NCBI RefSeq assembly: GCF_964355755.1
Contig: NC_092672.1
Span: 38,756,437 to 38,820,436, forward strand
Direction: 5' to 3'
Source of the DNA: Antedon mediterranea
Taxonomy: Eukaryota > Animalia > Echinodermata
Length of the DNA: 64,000 bases
Positions 14,501 to 26,400 of this stretch are shown piece by piece; positions within the stretch are counted from its first letter, which is position 1; every line of letters starts with the position of its first letter. Under the pieces are notes generated by a model. That model ran no database searches, was not told where the DNA came from, and was given only the letters and a program-made list of their open reading frames with translations. The translations under genes and the position numbers were made by a program.

Positions 14501-15122
14501 GAGGATAGTTACAAGGATTCTACACTCATCATGCAGTTATTACGTGACAACCTGACTCTGTGGACCTCGGACATGCAAGGAGAAGGTAGTAATACTGATT
14601 TTTATAGAAATTTATTAAATAAGAAATAAAGAATTAGATAAGATTAGAACACAAAAATATGTTGATATAAAGTTTGCGGTACACCACATTGGTTCTGAAA
14701 AGAACAAATACTGCAAGATATCTTTGGTTTATCTGTATGAACATGGTTGTAGTAGGTGATTTGTTTTGTTTTTTTTATGTCTAAACTAATATACTAACTA
14801 TAAATTAAAATGTGAAAAACAAACCGACCTCGATTTTCAATTTGTCCGTGTTTGTGGGCAACACAACACTCTTTCGGGGAAAATATGTTTGTGATGGGCA
14901 CATATCGGAAGTGTGCTCAAGCAAAAACTTTGAATGCCCATGCTAAAGGTAGTGTTGAAGTAGTGGGTTAGAACCAATCTTTATTCTGGTACTAAGACCT
15001 ACTTGATGTTTTACTGAGCCACAATGTATTAAATATGGTGTTGTTTTTTATATTTTTCAGAAGATAAGGGAGATACTTCTATTCAAGATGTAGAACAAGC
15101 AGTACAACAAGAAGCCTCATAA
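8564..15122 (+). CDS. YWHAE: 14-3-3 protein, epsilon-like (paralog B), 5 coding exons
   Basis: Exons 8564-8630, 11407-11630, 13793-13902, 14242-14585, 15061-15122; same intron positions and phases as paralog [23 protein letters not shown]..., [34 protein letters not shown] (epsilon-like ending). Confidence 0.95.
9347..9537. mobile_element. Palindromic PIF/Harbinger-like MITE (191 bp)
   Basis: TIR AGGGCCTTTCACACCTG / CAGGTGTGAAAGGCCCT, TAA duplicated on both sides (9344-9346, 9538-9540); near-complete internal inverted symmetry. Confidence 0.85.
10313..11259. mobile_element. Tc1/mariner (pogo/Tigger-like) non-autonomous element carrying a nested SINE
   Basis: TIR CAGTAGAACCTGTGTTTTAC vs reverse complement CAGTAGAACCTTCATTTTAC (17/20), TA on both flanks; subterminal TTTTACGT repeats. 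Confidence 0.75.
10783..11091 (-). mobile_element. tRNA-derived SINE with CORE-like central domain and LINE2-like 3' tail
   Basis: Minus strand: GGGCGTGTGGCGCAGTG (A box), GGTTCGAATCC (B box), GGCAAGATACTTTAC...CCTCTCTCCACCCAGGTGTATAAATGGGTACC, tail TGTAAAGCGCC...GCTATATAAAT..TATTATTA. Second copy at 40357-40632. Confidence 0.85.
11711..13726. mobile_element. About 2 kb non-autonomous TIR DNA transposon in 14-3-3 B intron 2
   Basis: Perfect TIR TAGGTATCCCAATG / CATTGGGATACCTA; flanks CTTGTAG vs CTTGCAG (6/7 possible TSD); CpG-richer interior; no transposase ORF seen. Confidence 0.7.
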
Positions 15123-17357
15123 GATTGTCTACTGCAACACATCACTATTCCTAAGCTTTGTTTATTAGGCTCTCCCTGCTGTACACTCTGAGTTTGATGT
15201 ATGTATGGGAGGTGGAAACAAAATAGTTGAGTGAAAGTGAAAAGAGTTTTATACGTAGTATATGATTTAGCAGCAATTCTGTTTATTTTTGTTTAATATT
15301 AAATAGTATTTGGATCTTAATGTGTATACACAGATGTATGTATTCACACTTTTAATGAATAATTGATATTTAAAGCTTACATTTGGCCATTTCCCATCCA
15401 GGCCAGTATTTGTCACATTATTATATACTGCTACTAGCCACATTGAGCCATGTGTGCGAGGAAAAATACTTGTACATTTTATTAAATATATATTGTAATC
15501 CTATGAACAATATTTCTGCATTGACAATCTTAGATTAATTGCATGTGTGATCAACCATTAAGAAATCCCGCATTGAATAAATTATTGCTTTTTATGCGAT
15601 ACAAAGGTATAAAAAGATAAGTGTAATGGAGTGCCTGTCCGACGACCCAGGATCTGGTAATTTATAATTCATGTAATAATGGTCATATTTACTACATATA
15701 GGTACATTTGCAATGTTTGCAATCCCTTTTTATCATTGGTTATAACTATACTGAACCATTGTTTATCATTTATTGCTTCATTTTATTGTATTTATATATA
15801 AACATGTGCATTTTTTACAGTAAATGTATAATGTGTTGATAATTAACAAACTAAGATCTAGATAAGCCTGGGCCTTACTGTTGTCATTGGTAGTATGGTG
15901 ATTTGTCTTGTATTGATATATAAATGTAAACTGCTGCTAGCTCTTTCCACTGTTGTCTATATAGATTCTTGTACTTGTTGGAGTGTATCTAGAACTTTCT
16001 TCTCTCGTTAATTTTGCTTACATTTTTGCAAGTTTTAATTTATCTAGTTGTTCAACTTGATTGAATGATGAAATAATATGTTGTGAAGTCTTTTTTTTTG
16101 ATGATTATTAAAAATATTTAAAAAAATGTCTGACACAAAATGTTAAGGAATAATATGCAAATAAATATATCTGGGTTTATGTGTACTGCATATTGTGTAC
16201 ACAGTAAACGATGGCAAATTGACATGGACAGCCATGTATCAGTGGGTTGATGTACTGCATATTATGTACACAGAAAAGATGGTAAATTGACAGGAAATGC
16301 CATTTTATTCCAGGAATTCTTCTTAACTATTGTATCTGTGTTCAAACGTTGAATATTACCATAGTAAATAGTAAAACACAAAACTGCAGGCGAAATAAAA
16401 TTAAACATAATTTTCCCATGTTTGCTTTAAAACCTTTAATAAATGTGTAGTCTTTTGTAAGTTAATTTTGCAAGATAACCCAAGTAATTGGCTACTAATA
16501 GCTATGCTGTGATTTCATTATGAGCTGAAAAGTTCCTGTTTTAACTATAGAAAAATGGACCAATAAACAAAGTATAACTGGCAACCACTTACCATTAAGA
16601 TTTGTGTCTTCTTTAAAATATGTCTGTCCCGAATCTTAAGATTAAAAACTGCCAACTGAAATATTTAGCCAGTTTGGACATGAATTTTCACCATTATTGG
16701 TTATCTACAACTTTTGTTGCCGACGATAACCCTTGTGATCTTTTTTTTCCATCTTTATTTTTTCCACCATTTTTGTTGCAGCTGTATCTCTAATTCTTGT
16801 CAATATAAAATTAATAATAGGCTGACCTAATAGTAGTTTTAATTGTGATATTCTGCTAATAAAGTTACAGTAGATAGAGCCCATATAAAAGGCATCAACA
16901 AAAATTGTCTCCTTTATATAGGACACTTAATGAAAAACTGAAATTGTCACCATAAAGAGGTATTTGTGGGAAAAACAAATATATCAATGAGTAATAAGTG
17001 ATTTGGACTCAAGAAATTGAGAAGAATTTAGAGCAAGTATTATAATTATGATACGATATTAACGATATAAATGTCGCATAGTTTAATTTTGTTGAATTAC
17101 CGTTATGGATTTCACATGTATGCATGCCTCGCTGGCTCGCACTTTGGGCAATGACGTTGGATGCGATGACCCGGACCCGGAAGCAAAAGCTAATAATAAA
17201 CATGATTAAATTACTCATCAGCAGCTCCCATGCATATGATCGTTGTCTCTCGTACGCTGTTGCTGCTCGGAATTTGTTGTCTTTGTGGCATAGCCTAGCT
17301 TAGGAGAGGGAAGGCGCTTTATTTCCGCTTATAAAGTATTTCAAATATTATTTAGAA

Positions 17358-19355
17358 ATGGCTACAAAGAACAAGGTAAATAATCCATTCTTAGATGATG
17401 ACGATATAGACGATGAAACATTTTTAAACAGCGGCGGCGGCGGACGATCGGCGGGCCGTTCGTCGAACCACCACGACAACAGGGAATATGGCTATGATGA
17501 GCGTGAAAATATCTCCAATATTCACAGTCAAATTGATCGTCAAGAACACTCTATGCTAGAAAGTACACAACGTTCTCTTGGTGTTCTATATCAAACAGAA
17601 GACATAGGTAATGAAACTGCAAATGTAAGTAACCATTGGCTTCATTTTAATATATTATTCACTGTTGTTAATATTATAAATGTCAGGGGACTCCCTATTC
17701 TAATTAATCATACAACTCCCTTGTTTTATATTTATAGAAAAATGTAAATTCCAACGTTCCATGATGACTCTAGCCAGGCCTTATTAAATAGGCTAAAATT
17801 GACTCTCTGGCATTCCCCTCTAAAGTCTAAGATTAAATTAATAAGATAAAGATTTACAAAAGAAATTTTTTTTTCCAAAAATTGAAGTAAAACATGCATT
17901 GTGTGAATAATTTAAAAAATTCAAACTATTGTTCTTCCAGGAATTGTTACGGCAAGGAGATCAGCTTCGACGAACGGAAAAAAAACTTGACAAAATGAAT
18001 GCAGATTTAGATACCTCTCAACGATATGTCACATCATTGAAAGGCATCTTTAGTGGGATGAAAAATTATTTCCGACCAGCAGTTAAAAAAGATCCGGAAT
18101 GGGAAAAGCAAGAGGAACGGGGTCCAAGCAAACTACAGAGGGCAGTAGACAATAGCCAAGCATCAGCGACGTCTGCACCAACTTATGTGGATGATCATCC
18201 TGCTCTACGATTGCGTGATCCTGAAGCCTCAAACGTTTATGGACGACAGTCATCTAGTGCAGTTAGTAAAGCAGTTGACGAAAATATTGGTGGGTTAATA
18301 GCTACATACATACAGATTATTTATATCCAATATACATTACAAACCTGTTGTAAACACGTCCGTTATTTTGTATGGTATGAAATAGGGTATTACTGTTTCC
18401 TTCCAATAATATTGAAATTGAAATCTAACATGGTATAATATAGCAGCCAAGAACACAAACACATTTATTAATTCATTTTAAACTTTATTTTCCTTCTTTG
18501 TAGTTTAAGGTAGCTTTTACTCTAGAAGAATGAACAATCAATTACTAAGAATATATGCAAATCATTGTAATAAATGTTGAATTGACATATATGCTCTAAA
18601 GTTAGCTTTTACTCTAAAAGAATGAATAATCAATTATAAGAATATTGCAAACCATTGTAATAAACGTCGAATTAACGTAAGCTTTCACTTTAGAAAAGCA
18701 TGGAAAAGTTATCTCTAGCGCCCTCGGGACCACGGACTGGCAGATATATCTAGCGCCCTCGGACCACAGGCTGGCCAAAAAAGAAACACAGACTGGCCGT
18801 GTGTTTCCCGACCCCTTTAGCATATGTCAGGATTTTCTAATGACAAATTACAACTGCACTCCCAAAGACTTGTAATAAGACTTTGTTTATATAGCATCTA
18901 ATTGTGTATATGTTTGTCTTGTGAACGGGATTGCCACCTTTAGGAAGATAGTGAATTCATTCGCTTATGCTTATCCTTGGCAATTTGCCTCATATAAAAA
19001 ATCATGGTTATATACTCATTTTTAGAGAGTAGAGAGTGGAGTTGAAAGAGGTTGGGATTGAACCCTGGACCTTGGGATTGGAAAGCAAGCATTTTAATCG
19101 CCAAGCTCCTGCTCCACTACTAGTAGTGTTAGCAGGATTTTGTAGGCCATGTTGACTTATTAATCACTAATTCTCTTACTTTGTTTAGATGAACTTGGGT
19201 TTGGAATTGCTCGCTTAAAAGATCTTGCAATTGGACTTGGGGATGAAATGGATCAACAAAATGAAGTTATTGAAAGATTAGATAATAAAGTAATTAAAGT
19301 CGATTCAAGAATTGATAAAACTAACAAAGATATGAAGAAAATACTGCGATCATAA
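17358..19355 (+). CDS. SNAP29: Synaptosomal-associated protein 29 (Qbc-SNARE), 3 coding exons
   Basis: Exons 17358-17624, 17941-18289, 19189-19355. N-terminal NPF+acidic motif (NNPFLDDDD), SNARE1 (LESTQRSLG...ELLRQGDQL), SNARE2 (RLKDLAIGLGDEMDQQNEVIERL); no transmembrane or Cys cluster. Confidence 0.92.
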
Positions 19356-19740
19356 AAATCACACAGTTCACAGCCAGCTATTACATAATATTATACCACC
19401 TTAGCCAAGTTTGTAATCTTTACGCTGATTTACGTATCAATCTTACGGAATAATGCACTGCTGATTTTTGAAAAAAACAAACATTAGTATATGTACATTT
19501 TGAAATGAAATTGTAAAATGAGGATACTTTGAAAAAAGGTTATGCATATGATTAGTTGTGGTTATATTGTTTGTACATATTAAATAGAATTTCAAGATAG
19601 TGTTACATAATCTTTATATTTTAATTTCTTAAATTTTTCATTAGAAAGGTAAATAAAACTTAGGATTAAATAAATATACAATTAATTACTAAAGTGTTTT
19701 ATTCAAAGACCTTGCTAAGGCCGTATCAGAACTGAAGTGT

Positions 19741-20590
19741 TCAAAGACCTTGTTGAGGCCATTTCAGAAGATTTAAAATACCATGCTGCCCTCTAGCGTT
19801 TGGAGCGTATCTTCCATAAAGTTCCAACTGGTGTTGTGCCTTTGTTGATCTTGAGCCAATTTCACCAGCAGTCGTGACCGGGAACTTTGAAACAAATTTC
19901 GGAGTAGATGTTCCTTCTTTGATATTTGGAAGATTGAGATCAGCACTAAGTTTAGATCGTTTTCCAGTCATTCGAACATCAGATGATGGTATATCATCAA
20001 TAACTGGAAGTTTTAGAGATTTATCATGTTTTATGGTGCTTTTTGGTCTGCCACGTCTTTGTTGTGATACAGGTGGAGTGATCGGTATTCCTACAAGGTG
20101 TCTGTTTAGTCGGTTGTATTCTTGTGTTAAAAAGCCCCATTTATCTGGCCATTTTCGCCATGCATGTAATTCGTGCCGCACATGGTCTTTCCTGCAAATT
20201 GTTTAAACTATGTGTTAACATTGAAAACAATAAGACAACAAGACAGGGGAATTCCGGAGGTTTGTAGATCTGTTTCGCTTTTATTATACGATGTCTCAAA
20301 GTCAGATGTTACTCATATAAATTGGTGTTCGTTGTGTAAGAAAAACAGAATTATTTATGAAAACTTTAATCTCTAGAGAAAATGAATTCATAACATTTTT
20401 AAATTATGAATTAAAAAAATCGATTGACACCTAGTTTACAAAGCTTATATTAGACATATTATATTACAAAAACGTTTCCCCCTCCTAATAAAATTATTTT
20501 TTCTTTTGTGTTTGCTTACCATATTTCATCATTATGAACAAAATTGGGATGTTTTGGTTTGCGTGATGTTGTAGGCGGCGGTGCAGCCAT
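19741..20590 (-). CDS. C20orf85: C20orf85/LLC1 (CIMIP1)-like ciliary microtubule inner protein, 2 coding exons
   Basis: Exon 1 20590-20520 (MAAPPPTTSRKPKHPNFVHNDEI W), exon 2 20191-19741 (KDHVRHELHAWRKWPDKWGFLT...FPVTTAGEIGSRS...LKWPQQGL*). Matches remembered family motifs DEIWK, WPxxWGFLT, PxTTxGxIG, WPxQG. Confidence 0.8.
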
Positions 20591-20728
20591 CCTGCAGTTC
20601 AAAAGTAATTCACTCCGTAGAAAAATTAAATATGCATTAATTAAGTATTAATAATAATGTATGGAAGAAGTTTGCTGCTTACACGTCGACGTTCTTAAGT
20701 TTTACCACTCTCTCTATGCTGGTGTTTC

Positions 20729-20742
20729 ATTGCCAAGGATAC
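20729..20742. promoter_or_regulatory. RFX X-box-like motif in the divergent promoter region of the C20orf85-like gene and PITPNM
   Basis: ATTGCCAAGGATAC (rc GTATCCTTGGCAAT) resembles GTNNCCATGGNAAC, about 140 bp upstream of the ciliary gene ATG, in a CpG-rich patch. Confidence 0.45.
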
Positions 20743-22368
20743 GCATGGTCACGCAAGTGCTACGCGCGCGCCTGCTGGTGGGAAAATTATGGTGGCTGGT
20801 GGACAACACAGTGGCATGGTTCGTAGAAAGGAGGCCGACCGCGGAGTGTTTTTTTTTTGTGTGACCGTATGTAGCTACATATTGGATTGAATGTACTTAA
20901 AAAAATTAAATGAACAGTTAAATTAACATTTAAATCTAATTAATTAAACTGAGATATTTTATTTATCTGTGCAGCGAACGTTTACGACGGAAAAAGACTT
21001 CGCGATATTCTTTGACGATGGTGGCAGCATTTAAGAATCTCGCACGTACTTAACATTTTATTTTCTCACGACACCATAATGATAATAATTATTATACCAG
21101 AATATTTTCAGGAAAGAAGGAATATTATAATTATTCAACGAATTTTACCCTCGAGTTTGGTGAGTCAATTAATAAATTATTTATTTGTGTAAAATGTTAA
21201 CAAAATATTGTTCTTAGAACTAAAACAGAACTGAATATTGATTTGGACAGTAAATATATTTATAACTTGCCATTTGGCCTAGCTAGCTCGGCGCTCTAGC
21301 TAGTGCAGTTTACCTTTCGCACGTACTCCTCCTTCTAAGTAATCAGACTTTACTTTAGGCTTAGGTTACAGAGTAACATCCTAGGCCTAACTGCGGTCTG
21401 TGGTTCCCATTAAAATGCAATCCCCATTTGGCAATACCCTTAACTTAGTTTAGGATTAAAGAATAAATATAAGAAATAAATAAAATCAAAACCAATGCCC
21501 CTTGACTTCCCCAGCCAAGGTCAAACCACAATTATTTATTAATAATTAAACATTTTTCCTAAACTAAATGAATTTTTTTTTTTATAAATGTTGTGTAAAT
21601 AATTTCAATTAATTCTGGCAAAATAAAACAGTGGACATATTCACTCACCATTCACAATTATGAAAAAATAAGGGGCTACAAATTAAAAAATATGAAAGTG
21701 AATACAATTTAAGAGAAATAATTTAGCTTTAAAAGAGCGTCCAGACTCTGTGGTCAGCCAACTAACTTGATATTTTTTCAGCAATTTTTGGATTTGGTCA
21801 AGTGTATATATCCCTCACTTGTTCATAGTTTAGTGGTTTAGGTACATAAGACTAAGTAAGAAGAGGCTTTAATACACATATTCAACAAACAATTTTTAAT
21901 TCATTAAAATTCATTCATTTATCTTTATTTCGGACTTAATATTCATAGAAAAAAGATTAAATATAACAAAATTAATCCACAAACTTATTATATATAATTA
22001 TTATACATAAAAAACTCATAAAATTTAACCAAAACCATTTTTATTAGAAAATTCTAACAAGGAAATTGTCATTTAGGGTACTAAGTATGGGCTTACGCTT
22101 AACTGTCATTTAAGGTATTTAGTATGGTTTTACGCTTAACTTAATTCTTTGTATAAAACTATATACCGATTTTCTCATAAATTCCTGAAATGACAGAAGA
22201 TTATGTTAACAAAAAGCACACTACAATACCTACCTGTAGGCTGGCGTAGTAATTTCCTCAACGCATTGTTATAGCACACTCCGAGTCTATTCACATGGCA
22301 CAATAGAAACTCATACAAATATGAGTGAAACAAACATTTTTAATGTGTAAGAATTTTTTTTTTCCCTT

Positions 22369-22531
22369 AAGTTCTGTCTACACTATCAAACTACAGTAGT
22401 TTGATAAAAATAGTGTGATGTACCCAAATATGGTAGTGATATACCTAAATATGGATATGACATCATCATAGCCATATATGGGCACATAATATATTTTTGT
22501 CACAAAAAGTAGATAGTGTAGACAGAGCTTT
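22369..22531. mobile_element. Short (about 140-160 bp) palindromic MITE family, representative copy
   Basis: Ends AAGYTCTGTCTACACTATCAAACT / GATAGTGTAGACAGARCTT. Other copies at about 118-256 (left part replaced by another element), 1277-1411, 38729-38872, 42751-42893 and partial 49789-49835. Confidence 0.85.
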
Positions 22532-22834
22532 AGGAATCATTTTTTAAGTTTATTTAGAATACCAATAAAATATTCAACAATTCAATTTAGAAAGTTCTAT
22601 TGCCGACATTTACCAATTCTGCAAACACGCCATAATTAAAATATGAGATATAAATTGTGTCTATACATGTAATGGTACATACATGCAGTGATGCTGTGAT
22701 AGATAACCTTTGATATTTTAAATGTTTACAACTGGAGTGTAAAGCTAAACTCATGCAAAATAGAATGCTGTGTAAAAATAAAATGTTTTAATTAAAAGCT
22801 TTTGTGATTATTTTTTGCTCTTAAAATGGTAGTA

Positions 22835-23024
22835 CAGTCAACTCTCCCAATACTGGTTTTCTGGAAAGTCTAGTATTCGGAATGTGTTTTTAATGGTAAT
22901 AATAAATTTTGGACCTTTTGGACCTCAAAAAAGTCTCGTATTGGGAGAGTCTCCGGTTTTCAGAGAGTTTGATATTTGGAGAGTTTCCGGTTTTCGGAGA
23001 GTTTGGTATTGTGAGATTTAACTG
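22835..23024. mobile_element. Tc1/mariner-type MITE (190 bp)
   Basis: TA-CAGTCAACTCTCCCAATAC ... GTATTGTGAGATTTAACTG-TA; internal GGAGAGTTT repeats. Confidence 0.7.
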
Positions 23025-23494
23025 TACTAAATAGTTTGAATTTCCTGTTAGTGTTAATACATGAACCGGTGGTTGACTTATTGACCTATAGGTCCATGGT
23101 TGACCTTCTCTCCTTTTAACTTAGTCGGGACAAGTTGTTACTTGTTAGTACCTTAATTCTCTCCTTTTAACTTAGATTGTGGGGACATGCTGTTACCTAG
23201 CATTGGTACCGCTCCTCTCCTCCCAACACAAAAGATTGTGGAGACAAGTTGTTTCTTAGCATTGTTAGTACCTCTTCTCTCCTACCAACGCAAAAGATAG
23301 TGGGGACAATGCCAGTGCCTTCACAATGTCAGTGTCTTTTTCCAACTTAAACATTAAATTTGATGATTTAAATTAATCTACAATATATCTAGGATTAAAG
23401 ATATATGTATTTTCTTTGCAGGAAATTATGGGAAGTTGAAGTCACTTGTAGTCAAGTCTGTTTTCCACAAGACCTTGGAATATTTTAATTAAAA

Positions 23495-26400
23495 ATGTTA
23501 ATTAAAGAATATCGAATTCCACTGCCAATGAGCGTGGAAGAGTATAGGATAGCTCAGCTCTATATGATACAGGTGAGAGGCAGGCATCTATAACACCTAA
23601 CCCTATAACACCTAACCCTATACCACCTTTAGTTTAGCTTAGCTAAGCTCTATATGATACAGGTGAGAATCAGGTGTCTATACCACCTTATCCTATACCA
23701 CCTTTATTTTAGCTTAGCTAAGCTCTATATGATACAGGTGAGAATCAGGTGTCTATACCACCTTATCCTATACCACCTTTATTTTAGCTTAGCTAAGCTC
23801 TATATGATACAGGTGAGAATCAGGTGTCTATACCACCTTATCCTATACCACCTTTAGTTTAGCTTAGCTAAGCTCTATATGATACAGGTGAGAGGCAGGC
23901 ATCTATAACACCTTATCCTATACCACCTTTATTTTAGCTTAGCTAAGCTCTATATGATACAGGTGAGAATCAGGCGTCTATAACACCTTATCCTATACCA
24001 CCTTTATTTTAGCTCAGCTAAGCTCTAAATGATACAGGTGAGAATCAGGCGTCTATAACACCTTATCCTATACCACCTTTATTTTAGCTTAGCTAAGCTC
24101 TATATGATACAGGTGAGAATCAGGCGTCTATAACACCTTATCCTATACCACCTTTAGTTTAGCTTAGCTAAGCTCTATATGATACAGGTGAGAGGCAGGC
24201 ATCTATAACACCTAACCCTATAACACCTTATCCTATACCACCTTTATTTTAGCTTAGCTAAGCTCTATATGATACAGGTGAGAATCAGGCGTCTATAACA
24301 CCTTATCCTATACCACCTTTATTTTGTATAAAATAAATATTCTTGTAAATTATATAACTATACTAACATATGTATATACTACTATATTTATTTATATATT
24401 TATTTATCTGAATGATCAATGTATTAAGCATTGGTGGCCTAATGCGTCCTCAAACAATGTATTAAAGCCCCATTCCCTACGTTTTTTAGATCTAATTTTA
24501 AGATCACAAACTATATTTAATGTAAAAATAATACTATATGGTCCTATTGCGATAACTTTTTTCGTCTTTAAACGGTTAAAAATGTGAAAAATAAGTCGAT
24601 TCTAATAATTATAGCGGCCCGCTATAAATCCCAAAATGCATTGCGCGCGGATTGATATTTTTGTTTTTCACCTGTAATTCGCCCACTTTTCGATCGATCG
24701 TGAGGCCAAAACAAATGGAAGACTCCTAACTTTTCAGCGAAAATACCGTCCACGAGAGGTCGATCGCCGCGAGCTACTTAGGTAGTGCATTGTTTCTCAC
24801 TTTTTATCATAATTTACCATAAAACGTACATTTAAGACAAGGAATGACATGGTTTAATGTTTTTAAAGTGATATATATGTATTATTTTCCAAAAAACGTC
24901 CAAAATTGCAGGGAAGGGGTCTTTAAGCATTGGCGGCCTAATGCGTCCTCAAACAATGTATTAAGCATTGGCGGCCTAATGCGTCCTCAAACAATGTATT
25001 AAGCATTGGCGGCCTAATGCGTCCTCAAACAATGTATTAAGCATTGGCGGCCTAATGCGTCCTCAAACAATGTACTATTAAGCATTGGCGGCCTAATGCG
25101 TCCTCAAACAATGTATTAAGCATTGGCGGCCTAATGCGTCCTCAAACAATGTACTATTAAGCATTGGCGGCCTAATGCGTCCTCAAACAATGTATTAAGC
25201 ATTGGCGGCCTAATGCGTCCTCAAACAATGTATTAAGCATTGGCGGCCTAATGCGTCCTCAAACAATGTATTAAGCATTGGCGGCCTAATGCGTCCTCAA
25301 ACAATGTATTAAGCATTGGCGGCCTAATGCGTCCTCAAACAATGTATTAAGCATTGGCGGCCTAATGCGTCATCAAACAATGTATTAAGCATTGGCGGCC
25401 TAATGCGTCCTCAAACAATGTATTAAGCATTGGCGGCCTAATGCGTCCTCAAACAATGTATTAAGCATTGGCGGCCTAATGCGTCCTCAAACAATGTATT
25501 AAGCATTGGCGGCCTAATGCGTCCTCAAACAATGTATTAAGCATTGGCGGCCTAATGCGTCCTCAAACAATGTATTAAGCATTGGCGGCCTAATGCGTCC
25601 TCAAACAATGTATTAAGCATTGGCGGCCTAATGCGTCCTCAAACAATGTATTAAGCATTGGCCTAATGCGTCCTCAAACAATTATATTTATTAATTTATC
25701 AAATGTTCTGTATATATTGTGTGTAACAATAAACTAGATGATGATATTTAGATATGTGAATAACATTTTTATACACATTTTTATGTTTAACGTAGTGCAA
25801 AACTTAGTGTCATCTTCTAGTATTAAGAAGACTTAAAATCGCCAGCATTAATTATGCATTAGTGCTCCTGATTGTTATTCTGTTGACTGGCAAAAAGTAC
25901 CCACCATGCACAATCTCATTATCATACTAATGAGTTTTAATTTAATGAAAGATGGTTTTATAGATTTTACTACAAGACCTACAACTGTTTTAGTAATTAA
26001 ATCACCTGACGGCATAGTGGTCGATGCATTGCAGATATTTTGTATTGTAAATTGTGTATTTTTGTTTCTATGTTTAATATTATTTTGGTTCTAAACTAGT
26101 TACACACATTTGTCAGTTGTACTACTAAATCCTTAATTGCAATCTTTTCTCCTTAATGTTGGTGCTTTCTCGTGTCAACTCTATTTAGCCTCATATACAT
26201 TGCACACTATCTTTCTGTGGACTCTTTGCAATCTTTTCTCCTTAATGTCGGTGCTTTCTCGTGTCAACTCTATTTTAGCCTCATACATTGCACACTATCT
26301 TTCTGTGGACTCTTTGCAATCTTTTCTCCTTAATGTCGGTGCTTTCTCTTGTCAACTCTATTTAGCCTCATATACATTGCACACTATCTTTCTGTGGACT

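Noticed and set aside
24923-25682. CRISPR-like array of 38 bp repeats
   Set aside because: Units are contiguous with no unique spacers, no cas genes, eukaryotic intron.
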